Source of the DNA: an uncultured Gemmatimonadaceae bacterium
GTDB taxonomy: Bacteria; Gemmatimonadota; Gemmatimonadetes; Gemmatimonadales; Gemmatimonadaceae
Assembly (NCBI GenBank): GCA_963817955.1
Contig: CAWFQK010000001.1
Coordinates: 495,117-559,116 of the forward strand
Reading direction: 5' to 3'
DNA: 64,000 nt
Position 1 is the stretch's first letter; each line of letters starts with the position of its first letter. Shown piece by piece: positions 51,964 through 63,325 of the stretch. Under the pieces are notes generated by a model that did no database searches, was not told the DNA's origin, and saw only the letters and a list, made by a program, of their open reading frames with translations. Position numbers and translations under genes: made by a program.

Positions 51964-54413
51964 ATGGCATTGAAGAAATCGCAACTCTATTCTTCGCTCT
52001 GGCAGTCGTGCGACGAGCTGCGCGGCGGCATGGACGCGTCGCAGTACAAGGACTACGTCCTGACGCTGCTGTTCATGAAGTACGTCTCCGACAAGTACGC
52101 CGGCAAGCCGAACGCGCTGATCGAAGTCCCCAAGGGCGGCGGCTTTGCCGACATGGTGGCGCTCGGCGGCGACAAGGAGATCGGCGACAAGATCAACAAG
52201 ATCATCGGCAAGCTCGCCGAGGCGAACGATCTCAAGGGCGTCATCGACCAGGCCGACTTCAACGATGAAGGCAAGCTCGGCGCCGGCAAGGAAATGCAGG
52301 ACAGGCTGTCGAAGCTCGTGGCGATCTTCGACGGTCTCGACTTCCGCGCAAACCGCGCCGAGGGCGACGACCTGCTCGGCGACGCCTATGAGTACCTGAT
52401 GCGCCACTTCGCCACCGAGAGTGGCAAGAGCAAAGGGCAGTTCTACACGCCCGCCGAAGTGTCGCGCATCATGGCGCAGGTCATCGGGCTCGATCGGGCC
52501 GCCGCGATGGATCAACCGACGGTGTACGATCCGACTTGCGGCTCTGGATCGTTGCTGATCAAGGCGGCGGACCAGGCGGCGGCGACGAAGCTTGCGATCT
52601 ACGGCCAGGAGATGGACGTCGCCACGTGGGCTCTGGCGCGGATGAACATGATCCTGCACGGTCATCCCACCGCGGAGATCTGGCGCGGGCAACACGCTCG
52701 CGGCACCGCATTTCAAGAACAAGGACGGCAGCCTCAGGACGTTCGACTTTGCGGTCGCGAATCCGCCGTTCTCGTCCAAGGCATGGTCGAGCGGTCTCGA
52801 TCCGGCGGACGACGACTTCGAGCGGTTCGAGCTCGGCGTGCCGCCAGCGAAGAACGGCGACTACGCCTTTCTGCTGCACTTGATCAAATCGCTGAAGAGC
52901 AAGGGCAAGGGCGCGATCATCCTGCCGCACGGCGTGTTGTTCCGCGGCAACAAGGAAGCCGACATCCGCCGGAATCTCGTGAACCGCGGCCTGATCAAAG
53001 GGATCATCGGCCTGCCGGCGAACCTCTTCTACGGCACCGGCATCCCGGCCTGCATCGTTGTGATCGACAAGGAGAACGCGCATGCGCGGACTGGCATTTT
53101 CATGATCGACGCGAGCAAGGGCTTCCTCAAGGACGGGAACAAGAACCGGCTGCGTGCACAGGACATCCACCGGATCGTGGACGTGTTCAACCGGCAGATC
53201 GAGCTGCCGCGCTACTCGCGCATGGTACCGGTCGGCGGAGATCGCGAACCCGGCCAACGATTACAACCTCAACATCCCGCGGTACATCGACTCCAGCGAG
53301 CCCGAGGACCTGCACGACCTGGACGCGCACTTGAACGGCGGCATCCCCAACCGCGACATCGACGCGCTCGGTGAGTGTTGGAGCGTGTTTCCGTCGGTGC
53401 GCGAGGCGCTGTTCAAAGGCAATTGTCGGCCGGGTTACAGCGACGCGGTGCTCGACACGTCGCGGGTGAAGCAAGCAATTCTCGAGCACGCCGAGTTCAA
53501 GGCGTTCGCCGCGCGGGTCGCCGCCGTGTTCGGAGGGTGGCGCAAGGCGTACGAGCCAACGCTCAAAGCGCTCGACGTGAACGACCTTCCGAAGAGACTC
53601 ATCCATACCCTTGCGGAAGACGCCCTCTCGCGCTTCGCCGGCTTACCGCTGATCGATCGGTACGACGTCTATCAACGGTTGATGGACTACTGGACGAACG
53701 TGATGCAGGACGACGTGTATCTGATCGCCGCCGACGGTTGGGTGGAGGCGGCGAAACCGCGCGGAATCGTCGAGGACAAGGAGCGGAAGATCAAAGAGAC
53801 TCCAGATTTGGTCATCAAGCGCGGGAAGTACAAGATGGATCTCGTTCCGCCGGCGTTGGTCGTCGCGCGCTGGTTCGCCAAGGAGCACGTCGCGATCGAG
53901 GCACTGCAGGCCAGACACGAGACGGCCGCGCGCGAGCTGGAGGAGTCCGTGGAGGAGCACGCGGGCGAAGAAGGACTTCTCGCCGATGGCGTGAACGAGA
54001 AGGGCAAGGTCACCAGGGGCGGTGTGAAGGATCGGCTAAAGGCCATCGAAGACGAGCCCGAGAACGAGGAGGAGCGTGGTGCGCTCACGCGCTGCCTTGC
54101 CCTTATAGAGGCCGAGTCGGAGGCGAGCAAGGCCGTCACCGAAGCGCGGGCCGCGCTGGATGAGAAGGTGTTGGCGCGGTACGGGAAGCTCAGCGAAGCC
54201 GAGATCAAGACGCTGGTGGTCGAGGACAAGTGGCTCGGGAGTCTGAAGGCGACGATCGAGGGCGAAGTGCAGCGACTCACACAGCAGGTCGCGGGGCGGG
54301 TGAAGGAACTGGAAGTGCGCTACGCAGTTCCGCTGCCGGCGCTGGAACGGGAGGTCGAGGCGTTCGGCGCCAAGGTCCAAGGGCACCTGATGAAGATCGG
54401 GCTGGCGTGGTGA
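51964..54413 (+). CDS. hsdM: Type I R-M methyltransferase subunit (apparent frameshifts near 52690 and 53235)
   Basis: CDELRGGMDASQYKDY, GQFYTP, DPTCGSG, ANPPF, ILPHGVLFRG, YNLNIPRYID. Confidence 0.92.
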
Positions 54414-55609
54414 GCAGCGAAGGGACGCAGCTCACGGAGACGGCGGGCCGCTATTCGCCAAGGCTTGATGCAACCGATGTGTCGGGAGGATCCAAGCGGT
54501 CAGAAATGGGAGACATTCCAAAGGACTGGAATTGGACAACCGTCAGCCGACTCTTGGCTGCAGGCGGCAGCATCAAGACTGGACCATTCGGCACAGTCTT
54601 AAAGGCTCATGAGTACTCGACTGAGGGTGTCCCGATAATCTCTGTAGGTGAGATTGGGCTTGGATCGCTACGCGTGACTGAGAGCACGCCAATGGCACCA
54701 CCAGCTGTTGTTAGGCGCCTTCCGGAATACTGCCTGAAGGCTGGTGACATTGTCTTTGGGCGAAAGGGCGCCGTTGACCGCTCGGCACTGATAGACGTGA
54801 GTCAAGACGGATGGTTCTTGGGTTCGGATGGAATCCGCTTGAGGCTTCCGGCGAACGTGCATCCTGCTTACGTGGCTCGCCAGTTCCAGCGCCAATCCGT
54901 TCGGACATGGCTTCAGACGAACGCTGTTGGGACGACGATGGCCTCACTTAATCAGGCCGTACTTGCCTCCGTGTCATTCCCAATAGCCCCGCTCGTCGAG
55001 CAACGCGCCATCGCCGAGGCGTTGTCGGATGTCGATGGGTTGCTCGGGGCGCTGGATGCGCTGATCGCCAAGAAGCGGGCGATCAAGCAGGCCGCCATGC
55101 AGCAACTCCTCACCGGCAAAACCCGCCTGCCGGGGGTCAACGGGGAGTGGAGGACAAAACGATTGGGCGACTTCGTCAGCTTCCTTCGCCACGGAACCAA
55201 CTCCCGCGCCGAGCTTTCGGACGCCGGTTCGGTGAAGTATCTGCATTATGGTGACATTCATACGTCGAGCGGCGTGTGCCTTGACCCCCGGATCACGCCC
55301 ATGCCCTACCTCGCCATGGAGCGCGCCCGGACCCTCGATCGTCTTGAGGGCGGCGATCTTGTACTCGTGGACGCATCGGAGGATCTTGATGGTGTCGGTA
55401 AGTCTGTAGAGATCACTGGCGTAGATGGAACTGAGGTCGTCGCCGGCCTGCACACCATCGCCGCAAGATTCGACAAGGCGATACTCGCAGATGGCTTCAA
55501 GGCTTACTTGCAGTTCTGCCCTGCGTTTCGCCCCGGTGGCCACCTCAAACTCCCCCACCTGTGGCCGGGTCAAACTCCTCCACTTGATGGCCGGCAGGAC
55601 GAGGGGAAG

Positions 55610-56377
55610 TTAGTTCGCTGCCTTCTGTTTGGCTGCCCGAGCGGCAGCCTCTTTCAGCCGCCAGCTCTTGCCATCAAACTTGAGCAAATGGCCATGGTGC
55701 ATCAGGCGGTCGAGGAGCGGGGTGACGACGACGACATCCCCGAGGAGTCGCGTCCAGTCCTCGAGTGGTCGGTTGGACGTGATCATCGTGGACGCTTTTT
55801 CGTGGCGAGCCATGAGGACGTCGGCGAGTTCGTCACCGGCCGTCGTCGGGAGCTTGCGCAGAAAGAGATCGTTGACCAGGAGTAGGTCTGCGGCGGCGAT
55901 CTGGGCACGCAGTTTCCGAATCTCTCCCAGCTCGCGCGCCTCGGTGATGTCTTCGATGAGCTGATGCGCTTCGCGATAGAGCACCTTGTAGCCTCGACTA
56001 ACGGCGGTGGTGGCAAGCGCTTTGGCGACGTGACTTTTGCCGGTGCCGGGCGGACCGAGGACGAGCACGTCTTCCTTGGCGTCAAGAAACTTGAGCGTCG
56101 CGAGGTCGAGGACGTCGCGTTTCGGGAGGCGCGGATTGTAGGTCCAGTCGAAGCTCGTGAGGTCCTTGCGGTCGGGGAGTCCCGAGAGGGTGTGGCGCCG
56201 ATCGAGCAGCCGGGAGCGACGACGGTCGAGTTCATCTTGCACGAGCCAGGAGAAGGCCTCAAGAAAGCCCATCTCGTGACTGGCCACTTGCAGCGCGCGG
56301 GCTTCCAGCGTGGCCGTCATGCCGGAGAGGCGGAGATTGGTGAGGGCGCGTTCAAGCTCGGGGATGGACATCGGCAT
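55610..56377 (-). CDS. istB: IS21 helper AAA+ ATPase
   Basis: Walker A GPPGTGKS, TSNRP, LLDRLMHH, GKSWR. Confidence 0.93.
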   Translation of the reverse strand: MPMSIPELERALTNLRLSGMTATLEARALQVASHEMGFLEAFSWLVQDELDRRRSRLLDRRHTLSGLPDRKDLTSFDWTYNPRLPKRDVLDLATLKFLDAKEDVLVLGPPGTGKSHVAKALATTAVSRGYKVLYREAHQLIEDITEARELGEIRKLRAQIAAADLLLVNDLFLRKLPTTAGDELADVLMARHEKASTMITSNRPLEDWTRLLGDVVVVTPLLDRLMHHGHLLKFDGKSWRLKEAAARAAKQKAAN

Positions 56378-57969
56378 CAGCGGGGCTCCGGCAGGAGAGT
56401 GTGTGAATGCGTATCCCAGAAGTCCTGGTACTCAGCGATGGCGCGGATCGCCGGGCCGGTCTGCGTCAGCATGGGCCGGGTGGGCGACGCGTCCGGGGCG
56501 CACGTGCGTTCCAGGGCGCGCTTCACGGCGGCATAGGTGACACACTCGGCCGCAACCAGGCGCGCACAGACGGCGTCGATGTTGGCGCACGAGTAGGTGC
56601 GGACGAGATTGGTCAGGCCGTACAGCGCGCGTTGGCCCGGCCGGCCGAGATGGGCAAAGAGATGCTGCGCGAAGGCGGCGGTGTGGGGACCGATCCGCGC
56701 GGCTTTGTTCAGCAAGCGAGCCGTCTCGCGCGAGGGATTGAAGAGCCGATCCGTCTCGTCCATCGTGAAGGTCCCCTTGCGCGGGGCGATCTCGTGTCGG
56801 CGGAGCAGTTGGCCGGCGGCATCGAGGATCTCGATCTCGCGCGCGTAGAGGCGGACGGTGACCGTGCTCGTCGGCGCGGCCGGTAACGCCGAGTAGTACG
56901 ACGCGCTGACTTGCACGAGCCCACTATCGTCGACAGTGCGGGTGCCTTGCGTGAAGTACTGCATGGGCATGGCCGGGAGCGCGCGAAGGTGCGGCTGCTC
57001 CTCGCGATACATCTCGAGCACTTGCCGCTTCTTGCGGCCGTGGATGCGCGTCGCGGCCCAGCGCTCTTCCCACGTCGCGAGATACACGTTCTGCGCGTCG
57101 ATCGCCGCGAACCGTTTCCCTTTGAGGGCCGTGCCTTGGGTGTGCTGGATCGCGCTTTCGACGGTCCCTTTGCGATTGGGATCCCGCACGCGGCACGGAT
57201 CCGCCACGACGCCATAGTGGGCGAGCATCGCCGCGTACACCGGGTTCAGCTCGGGCTCGTAGAGGTCGGGTCGGAGTACGCCCTCTTTTAAGTTGTCTAA
57301 TACCACGTACGCTGGGCAGCCGCCAAACGTGCGGAAGGCCTCCTCGTGTAACCGCGCCCATATCTCTTGATTCGTCTTCCAGACGACCTTGCGAAAGCTC
57401 TTCCCGGAATACTTGAGCGTCATCACGAACAGGTACGGTCGCTTGTAGTGATCGGGCTTCCACAGCGTCAACGCCCCTTGGCCGTAGTCGACTTGGGCCT
57501 CCTCGCCGGGCAGGTACGCCAAGACATCGAATCGCTCCGGTTCGCGCCGTCGCAGCGTGGCAACGAACCGTTTGACGGAGTTGTAGTGATGCGTGAACCC
57601 GTGCTCGTCCACGAGCTCCTGGTAGAGACTCACGGCGTTGCGCCCGAGTTGGACTTGGGTCTCGAGCCACGCGCGATGGGGCTCGCACGCGGAGGGCGTC
57701 CATCGGGGCGTCGGCGCCGTGACCGTCGCCTGCGCGACGACGTCTCGCTCCGCCAAAGCCGGTGGCCGGGGTGGAGGAGTTTGCGCAACCGCCTCGTCAA
57801 AGCCGGTGGCCGGGGTGGGGGAGTTTGACGCATTGGGGGCCGGGCCCCGCGCGTACCGGCGGATCGTCTTTCGATCCACGCCCGTGCGTCGTTCGATCTC
57901 TCGGTGCGTCGCGCCGCTGGCCAGCAGCGTCTCGACCATGATGCGTCGATGCGGTTTCAAGACGTTCAC
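56377..57969 (-). CDS. istA: IS21 DDE transposase
   Basis: HTH (REIERRTGVDRKTIRRY), PGEEAQVDYG, LDNLKEGV, KGTVE. Confidence 0.93.
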   Translation of the reverse strand: MNVLKPHRRIMVETLLASGATHREIERRTGVDRKTIRRYARGPAPNASNSPTPATGFDEAVAQTPPPRPPALAERDVVAQATVTAPTPRWTPSACEPHRAWLETQVQLGRNAVSLYQELVDEHGFTHHYNSVKRFVATLRRREPERFDVLAYLPGEEAQVDYGQGALTLWKPDHYKRPYLFVMTLKYSGKSFRKVVWKTNQEIWARLHEEAFRTFGGCPAYVVLDNLKEGVLRPDLYEPELNPVYAAMLAHYGVVADPCRVRDPNRKGTVESAIQHTQGTALKGKRFAAIDAQNVYLATWEERWAATRIHGRKKRQVLEMYREEQPHLRALPAMPMQYFTQGTRTVDDSGLVQVSASYYSALPAAPTSTVTVRLYAREIEILDAAGQLLRRHEIAPRKGTFTMDETDRLFNPSRETARLLNKAARIGPHTAAFAQHLFAHLGRPGQRALYGLTNLVRTYSCANIDAVCARLVAAECVTYAAVKRALERTCAPDASPTRPMLTQTGPAIRAIAEYQDFWDTHSHTLLPEPR

Positions 57970-58370
57970 TCCGTGGTTACTCCCCGAAAAAGAGTCGAGG
58001 AGGAGTGTACGTCCTGCCGTTTCGGCGCCTCGGATTAGGCGCCGCTACCCATCAGCGGGTGGGGGATTTTGAGGTGGCCACAGGTGGGGGAGTTTGGGTG
58101 GCCGCCGGGGTTTCGCGACCATCTCAAGCGGCTCGCAGCGGGGACCAAGGTGTACGCGACCAACCTTGCGCACGTGGCGAGTGTCGAGATGGCATTACCT
58201 TCCGTCAATGAGCAGACAGCCATCGCTGCCGCCCTCTCCGACATGGACGCCGAGATCGCCGCGCTCGAGGCCCGCCGCGACAAGACCCGCGCCATCAAGC
58301 AGGGCATGATGCAGCAACTCCTCACAGGCCGCGTGCGGCTCGTGAAGCCGACGCCAGCGGAGGCCAGCGC

Positions 58371-61300
58371 TTGAGCACCGTCGGCCAGCGCGAAATTCTC
58401 TCCCAGCAGCGCGTACTCGCGTTCTTCAAGAATGCGCTTGGCTACGCCTACCTCGGCAACTGGAAGGACCGCGAGGGCAACAGCAACGTCGAGGAGGCGC
58501 TGCTGACCGAGCTGGCTGAAGCGCCAGGGCCACGAGCGACAAGATCATCGGCAAGGTGCTCTACGAGCTGGGCAAGGCCGACGGCGCTCGGCGGCAGCAA
58601 GAACCTCTACGACGCCAACCGCGAGGTCTATGGCCTGCTGCGCTACGGCGTGAAGGTCAGGCCCGACGTGGGCGAGCAGAACGTCACCGTCTGGCTGATC
58701 GACTGGAGCGAACCCCGGCAACAACGACTTCGCCATCGCCGAGGAGGTGACGGTTGCGGGCGTCAACGACAAGCGGCCCGACATCGTGCTCTACGTCAAC
58801 GGCATCGCCGTCGGCGTGCTGGAGCTGAAGCGCTCGATCGTGTCGGTGTCCGAGGGCATCCGGCAGAACCTCGACAGCCAGAAGAAGGAGTTCATCCGGC
58901 CGTTCTTCGCCACCGTGCAGTTGGTGATGGCGGGCAACGACACCGAGGGACTGCGCTACGGCGGTGATCGAGACGCCAGAGAAGTACTAGCTGCGCTGGA
59001 AGGAGGCGACGCGCATCCGGACGACCGCGAAAACCCGCTGCTGACGCGGGCTGGTGACGCAGCTCTGCCGCAAGGAGCGGCTGCTGGAAGCTGATCCACG
59101 ACTTCATGGTGTTCGATGCGGGCATCAAGAAGACCTGCCGCCACAACCAGTACTTCGGCGTGCGCGCGGCGCAGGAGCGCGTGAAGCGTCGCGAGGGCGG
59201 CATCATCTGGCACACCCAGGGCAGCGGCAAGAGCCTGACCATGGTCTGGCTGGCCAAGTGGATCCGCGAGCACGTCACGAATGCCCGCGTGCTGCATCAT
59301 CACCGACCGCACCGAACTGGATGAGCAGATCGAGAAGGTCTTCATGGGCGTCAACGAGAAGATCTACCGCACCAAGAGCGGCGCCGACCTGGTGCGACGT
59401 GCTGAACGCCAGCGAGGAATGGCTGATCTGCTCGCTGGTGCACAAGTTCGGCGCGTCGGAGGAAGGCGACGTCGACGCCTTCCTCGAGGACATCCAGAGC
59501 CACCTGCCGAAGGGCTTCCACGCCAAGGGCGAGATCTTCGTCTTCGTGGACGAATGCCACCGCACGCAGTCCGGCAAGCTGCACGACGCGATGAAGGCGC
59601 TGCTGCCGGGCGCGATGTTGATCGGCTTCACAGGGACGCCGCTGCTGAAGGATGACAAGCGGAGGAGCATCGAGATCTTCGGGCCGTACATCCACACCTA
59701 CAAGTACGACGAAGCCGTGCGCGACGGCGTCGTGCTCGACCTGCGCTACGAGGCGCGCGACATCGACCAGAACATCACGTCGCCAGGCGAAGATCGACAA
59801 GTGGTTCGAGCTCAAGACCGCAGGGACTGACCGACGTCGGCGAAGGCGCAGCTCAAGCAGCGCTGGGGCACGATGCAGAAGGTGCTGCACGCCCGCGACC
59901 GGCTGAAGAAGATCGTCGACGACATCCTGATGGACATGGAGACCCGCGACCGCCTGAAGAGCGGCCACGGCAACGCCATGCTGGTCTCGGGCAGCATCTA
60001 TCAGCGCCTGCCGGTTCTTCGAGATGTTCCAGCAGACGGACCTCGCCGGGCAAGTGCGCGATCGTCACGTCCTACCGGCCCTCACCGGCGGACATCAAGG
60101 GCGAGGAGGCCGGCGAGGGGCTGACCGAGAAGCTGCGGCAGTACGACATCTACCGGAAGATGCTGGCTGCCCACTTCAACGAGCCGGAAGACACCGCGAT
60201 GTACAAGGTCGAGCAGTTCGAGAAAGAGGTGAAGAAGCGCTTCATCAAGGAGCCGGGACAGATGAAGCTGCTGATCGTGGTGGACAAGCTGCTGACTGGC
60301 TTCGACGCTCCGCCCGCGACCTACCTCTACATCGACAAGCAGATGCAGGACCACGGCCTGTTCCAGGCGATCTGCCGGGTGAACCGCCTGGACGGTGAGG
60401 ACAAGGAGTACGGCTACATCATCGACTACAAGGATCTGTTCAGGTCGCTGGAGAAGTCGATCACGGACTATACCGGCGAGGCGTTCGACGGGTACGACGG
60501 GAAGACGTGAAGGGCCTGCTGAAGGACCGGCTGCTGCAAGGGCGGGAGCGACTGGAGGAATTGCGCGAGGCGGTGAAGGCGCTGTGCGAGCCGGTCGAGC
60601 CGCCGCGGGACATCGCGGCCTACCTGCGCTACTTCTGCGCGGCGGAAAGCGGCAACGGCGACGAGCTCAAGGACAACGAGCCCAAGCGCGTTGCGCTCTA
60701 CAAGCTGGCGGCCGCGTTCCTGCGCGCCTACGCCAACCTGGCGAACGAAATGCGCGAGGCCGGATACTCGGATGCCGAGCGACAGGGGATCAAGCGCGAG
60801 GTTGAGCACTACGAGAAGGTCCGCGAGGAGGTCAAGCTCGCCAGCGGCGACTACGTTGACATGAAGATGTTCGAGCCGGCGATGCGCCACCTGCTGGACA
60901 CGTACATCCGGGCGGAGGAGAGCGAGAAGCTCTCGGCCTTCGACGACATGACGCTGGTGCAGTTGATCGTGGAGCGTGGCGCGAAGGCCGTGGACGTGCT
61001 GCCCGAGGGCATCCGCGGCAACCAGAGGCGATGGCCGAGACGATCGAGAACAACGTTCGGCGGCTGATCATCGACGAGATGGCCGTCAACCCGAAGTACT
61101 ACGAGAAGATGTCGGAGCTGCTCGACGCGCTTGATCGCCGAGCGTAAGCAGCAGGCGCTGGACTACAAGGCGTACCTGGCTCGACTCGTCGCGCTGACGA
61201 AGCAGGTGAGCGACCCGGCGGTTCAGGGCACCTATCCGCTTGCGATCAGCAACGCACCACTCCGTGCGCTGTTCGACAATCTCCACGATGTGTCAGATCT

Positions 61301-61535
61301 GGAAAGCCGGCTCGTCGGGCTCGGCGCTGTGGCCGAGGTCCGCGTTGGCTCTACCGCCGCCGAGCGGGCGGCGCTCGCGCTTGACAAGGCGATTCGCGAA
61401 GTGAAGAAGGCTGACTGGCGCGGCAATCGATTCAAGGAGCGCGAGGTTCGGAGTGCGGTGCAATCGGTGCTCGGAGAAGATGCAGAGCTGGTCGACACCG
61501 TGTTCGAGATCGTGAAGAATCAGCGTGCGTACTAA
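58371..61535 (+). pseudogene. hsdR: Type I R-M restriction subunit, heavily frameshifted as sequenced
   Basis: PDIVLYVNG..ELKR, WHTQGSGKS, DECHR, GFTGTP, VDKLLTGFDAP and QAICRVNR are spread across many frames; TAG at 58988-58990. Confidence 0.88.
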
Positions 61536-62253
61536 GTCGCGCCGCCTGGCAATCCTCGGAATGCCAGTCGAGGTGGTCCGGAAGGACATCAAGAACCTGC
61601 ACGTCGCGGTGTACCCGCCGGCCGGCCGGGTGCGCGTGGCGACTCCGCTTCGCCTCGACGATGACGCCGTACGCGTGGCGGTCATTTCCCGCCTCGGATG
61701 GATTCGCCGGCAACAAGCGCAGTTCGCCGATCAGGTCCGGGAATCGCAGCGCGAGCTTGTAACTGGCGAGAGCATCTACTTTCGTGGCCGCAGGTTTCGA
61801 CTGGAAGTCATCGAGGATCCGGGGAGCCCGGGAGTTCGCGTTGCCACCAACTCGCGCATTCAGCTCCGTTGCCGTCCGGGTGCCGATCGCGAACAACGCG
61901 ACGCGACGCTCAACGAGTGGTACCGGGAGCGGCTGCGAGAGCAGATCCCCGCGCTTGTCCGCAAGTGGGAACGAAAGGTGGGAGTCGATATCGCCGAGGT
62001 GCGCATCAGGCGCATGAAGACGCGGTGGGGCAGCTGCAATGCCGCGGCGCGCCGGATCTGGGTGAATCTCGAGCTTGCGAAGAAGCCGGCATCGTCGCTC
62101 GAGTACATTCTCGTGCATGAGATGATTCACATCCACGAACCGCGGCATGGTGAGCGATTCCGCGAGATGATGGATGTCATGATGCCCGGTTGGCAGCTGC
62201 ACAAGGACGAGCTCAACCGCACCCCGTTGTCTCATGAAGACTGGCGCTACTGA
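61525..62253 (+). CDS. M48/YgjP (DUF45, SprT-like) zinc metalloprotease
   Basis: RKDIKNLH..YPP.GRVRV, MKTRWGSC, YILVHEMIH, H..RF. Confidence 0.9.
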   Translation: MRTKSRRLAILGMPVEVVRKDIKNLHVAVYPPAGRVRVATPLRLDDDAVRVAVISRLGWIRRQQAQFADQVRESQRELVTGESIYFRGRRFRLEVIEDPGSPGVRVATNSRIQLRCRPGADREQRDATLNEWYRERLREQIPALVRKWERKVGVDIAEVRIRRMKTRWGSCNAAARRIWVNLELAKKPASSLEYILVHEMIHIHEPRHGERFREMMDVMMPGWQLHKDELNRTPLSHEDWRY

Positions 62254-62291
62254 TCGGGGCATTAGTCGCCTGCGTCTCGAATCCCGTCTGC

Positions 62292-63164
62292 ATGACGATC
62301 TATAAATACTTAGCACCAAGGTGGGTCACGGTCCTCCGTAGCAGCGAGATACGGGTGACCCAAGCAGCGGCGCTGAACGACCCTTTCGAGCTGAACGCAT
62401 ATTTCGACCTACTACTCGATGAAGACGTCGTCCTTCAGGGGATGATCGACACGCCCATCGATATCACGCCGAATCTTCGCGCCGCGTACGAGAAGCTGCC
62501 AGGTGCAGCGAAAGCACAGATGCCGCTCGGCTTGTTTCTCGCTTTCGCGAAGGCGACGCTGGACAGCCCGAAAGGCGCCCGAATGATGCGCGAGACACTT
62601 GGCGTGGCTCTCGGCGCAATGAGGAACGCAACGCCCGGAGCGCGTGATCACCTCAATGACCTGCTTCGGACGAAAATCGGGATACTGAGCTTGAGCCGCA
62701 CGCCGACCGGTGTCCTACTTTGGTCACACTACGCCGCAAGTCACTGCGGGTTTGTGATCGGTTTCGATGATAGTCATAAATTCTTCAATCGCCGGCGTAG
62801 CGCGGCGGATGAGTTCTATCATCTGAGGCCAGTTACCTACCAGACTCCCGTCGGCTTTGCTGCAATGGACCATGTCGACTGGAACGCGGTCCTCTGTGCC
62901 AAAGGCCCAGATTGGTCATGGGAAGACGAGGTTCGTATGCTAGTACCGGTTGCCCTCGCGTCGCGCTCGATCGTAACCGCGCCAGTGCCGATCTATCTCG
63001 AGCAGTTTCCGGAGAACGCTGTCACGGATGTCATTGTAGGAGCGCGCGCATCCGCAGCCCTGGTGACTGAACTGACCGAGCTGTTGGCGGAGTCCCGCTA
63101 CTCACATGTGGCCGTTCGTCGCGCCCGGCTTGACAACAAGAATGAGTCTGTTCTCATTGAATAA
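62292..63164 (+). CDS. DUF2971-like protein
   Basis: IYKY, LNDPFE, LLWSHYAASHCGFVIGFD, V.Y, K..DWSWEDEVR, VIVG. Confidence 0.8.
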   Translation: MTIYKYLAPRWVTVLRSSEIRVTQAAALNDPFELNAYFDLLLDEDVVLQGMIDTPIDITPNLRAAYEKLPGAAKAQMPLGLFLAFAKATLDSPKGARMMRETLGVALGAMRNATPGARDHLNDLLRTKIGILSLSRTPTGVLLWSHYAASHCGFVIGFDDSHKFFNRRRSAADEFYHLRPVTYQTPVGFAAMDHVDWNAVLCAKGPDWSWEDEVRMLVPVALASRSIVTAPVPIYLEQFPENAVTDVIVGARASAALVTELTELLAESRYSHVAVRRARLDNKNESVLIE

Positions 63165-63325
63165 GGCCTGTAACCCAAAACTCGCTTCTAACAGACTGTT
63201 GAACTACGCGTGAATCTCCAGCGCGGTGGCAAGCGTGGTTGACGCGGCTCGGCATAGAGGCGCTGAAGGGGTGCGTCTTCACGCCGCAATGAAGTGTTCA
63301 ATTCGCGCAATGATGTGGATGAATG

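Larger units (their letters stand above)
55531..58110 (-). mobile_element. IS21 family insertion sequence
   Basis: IRs CCCCGG(T/C)GGCCACC..AAACTCCCCCACCTGTGGCC at both ends; TSD TTTCG (or 7-bp GTTTCGC if each end is one base shorter); istA-istB inside. Confidence 0.95.
54410..58374 (+). pseudogene. hsdS: Type I R-M specificity subunit interrupted by IS21
   Basis: GDIPKDW, TRD1, EQRAIAEALSDVD..KQAAMQQLLTGKTRL, TRD2. Removing the IS restores FCPAFR|DHLKRLAAG..EQTAIAAALSDMD..QQLLTGRVRL in frame. Confidence 0.92.

Noticed and set aside
54410..58374. Invertible (shufflon-type) hsdS locus
   Set aside because: Only one hsdS and no recombinase; the repeated segments are the normal direct conserved regions of HsdS.
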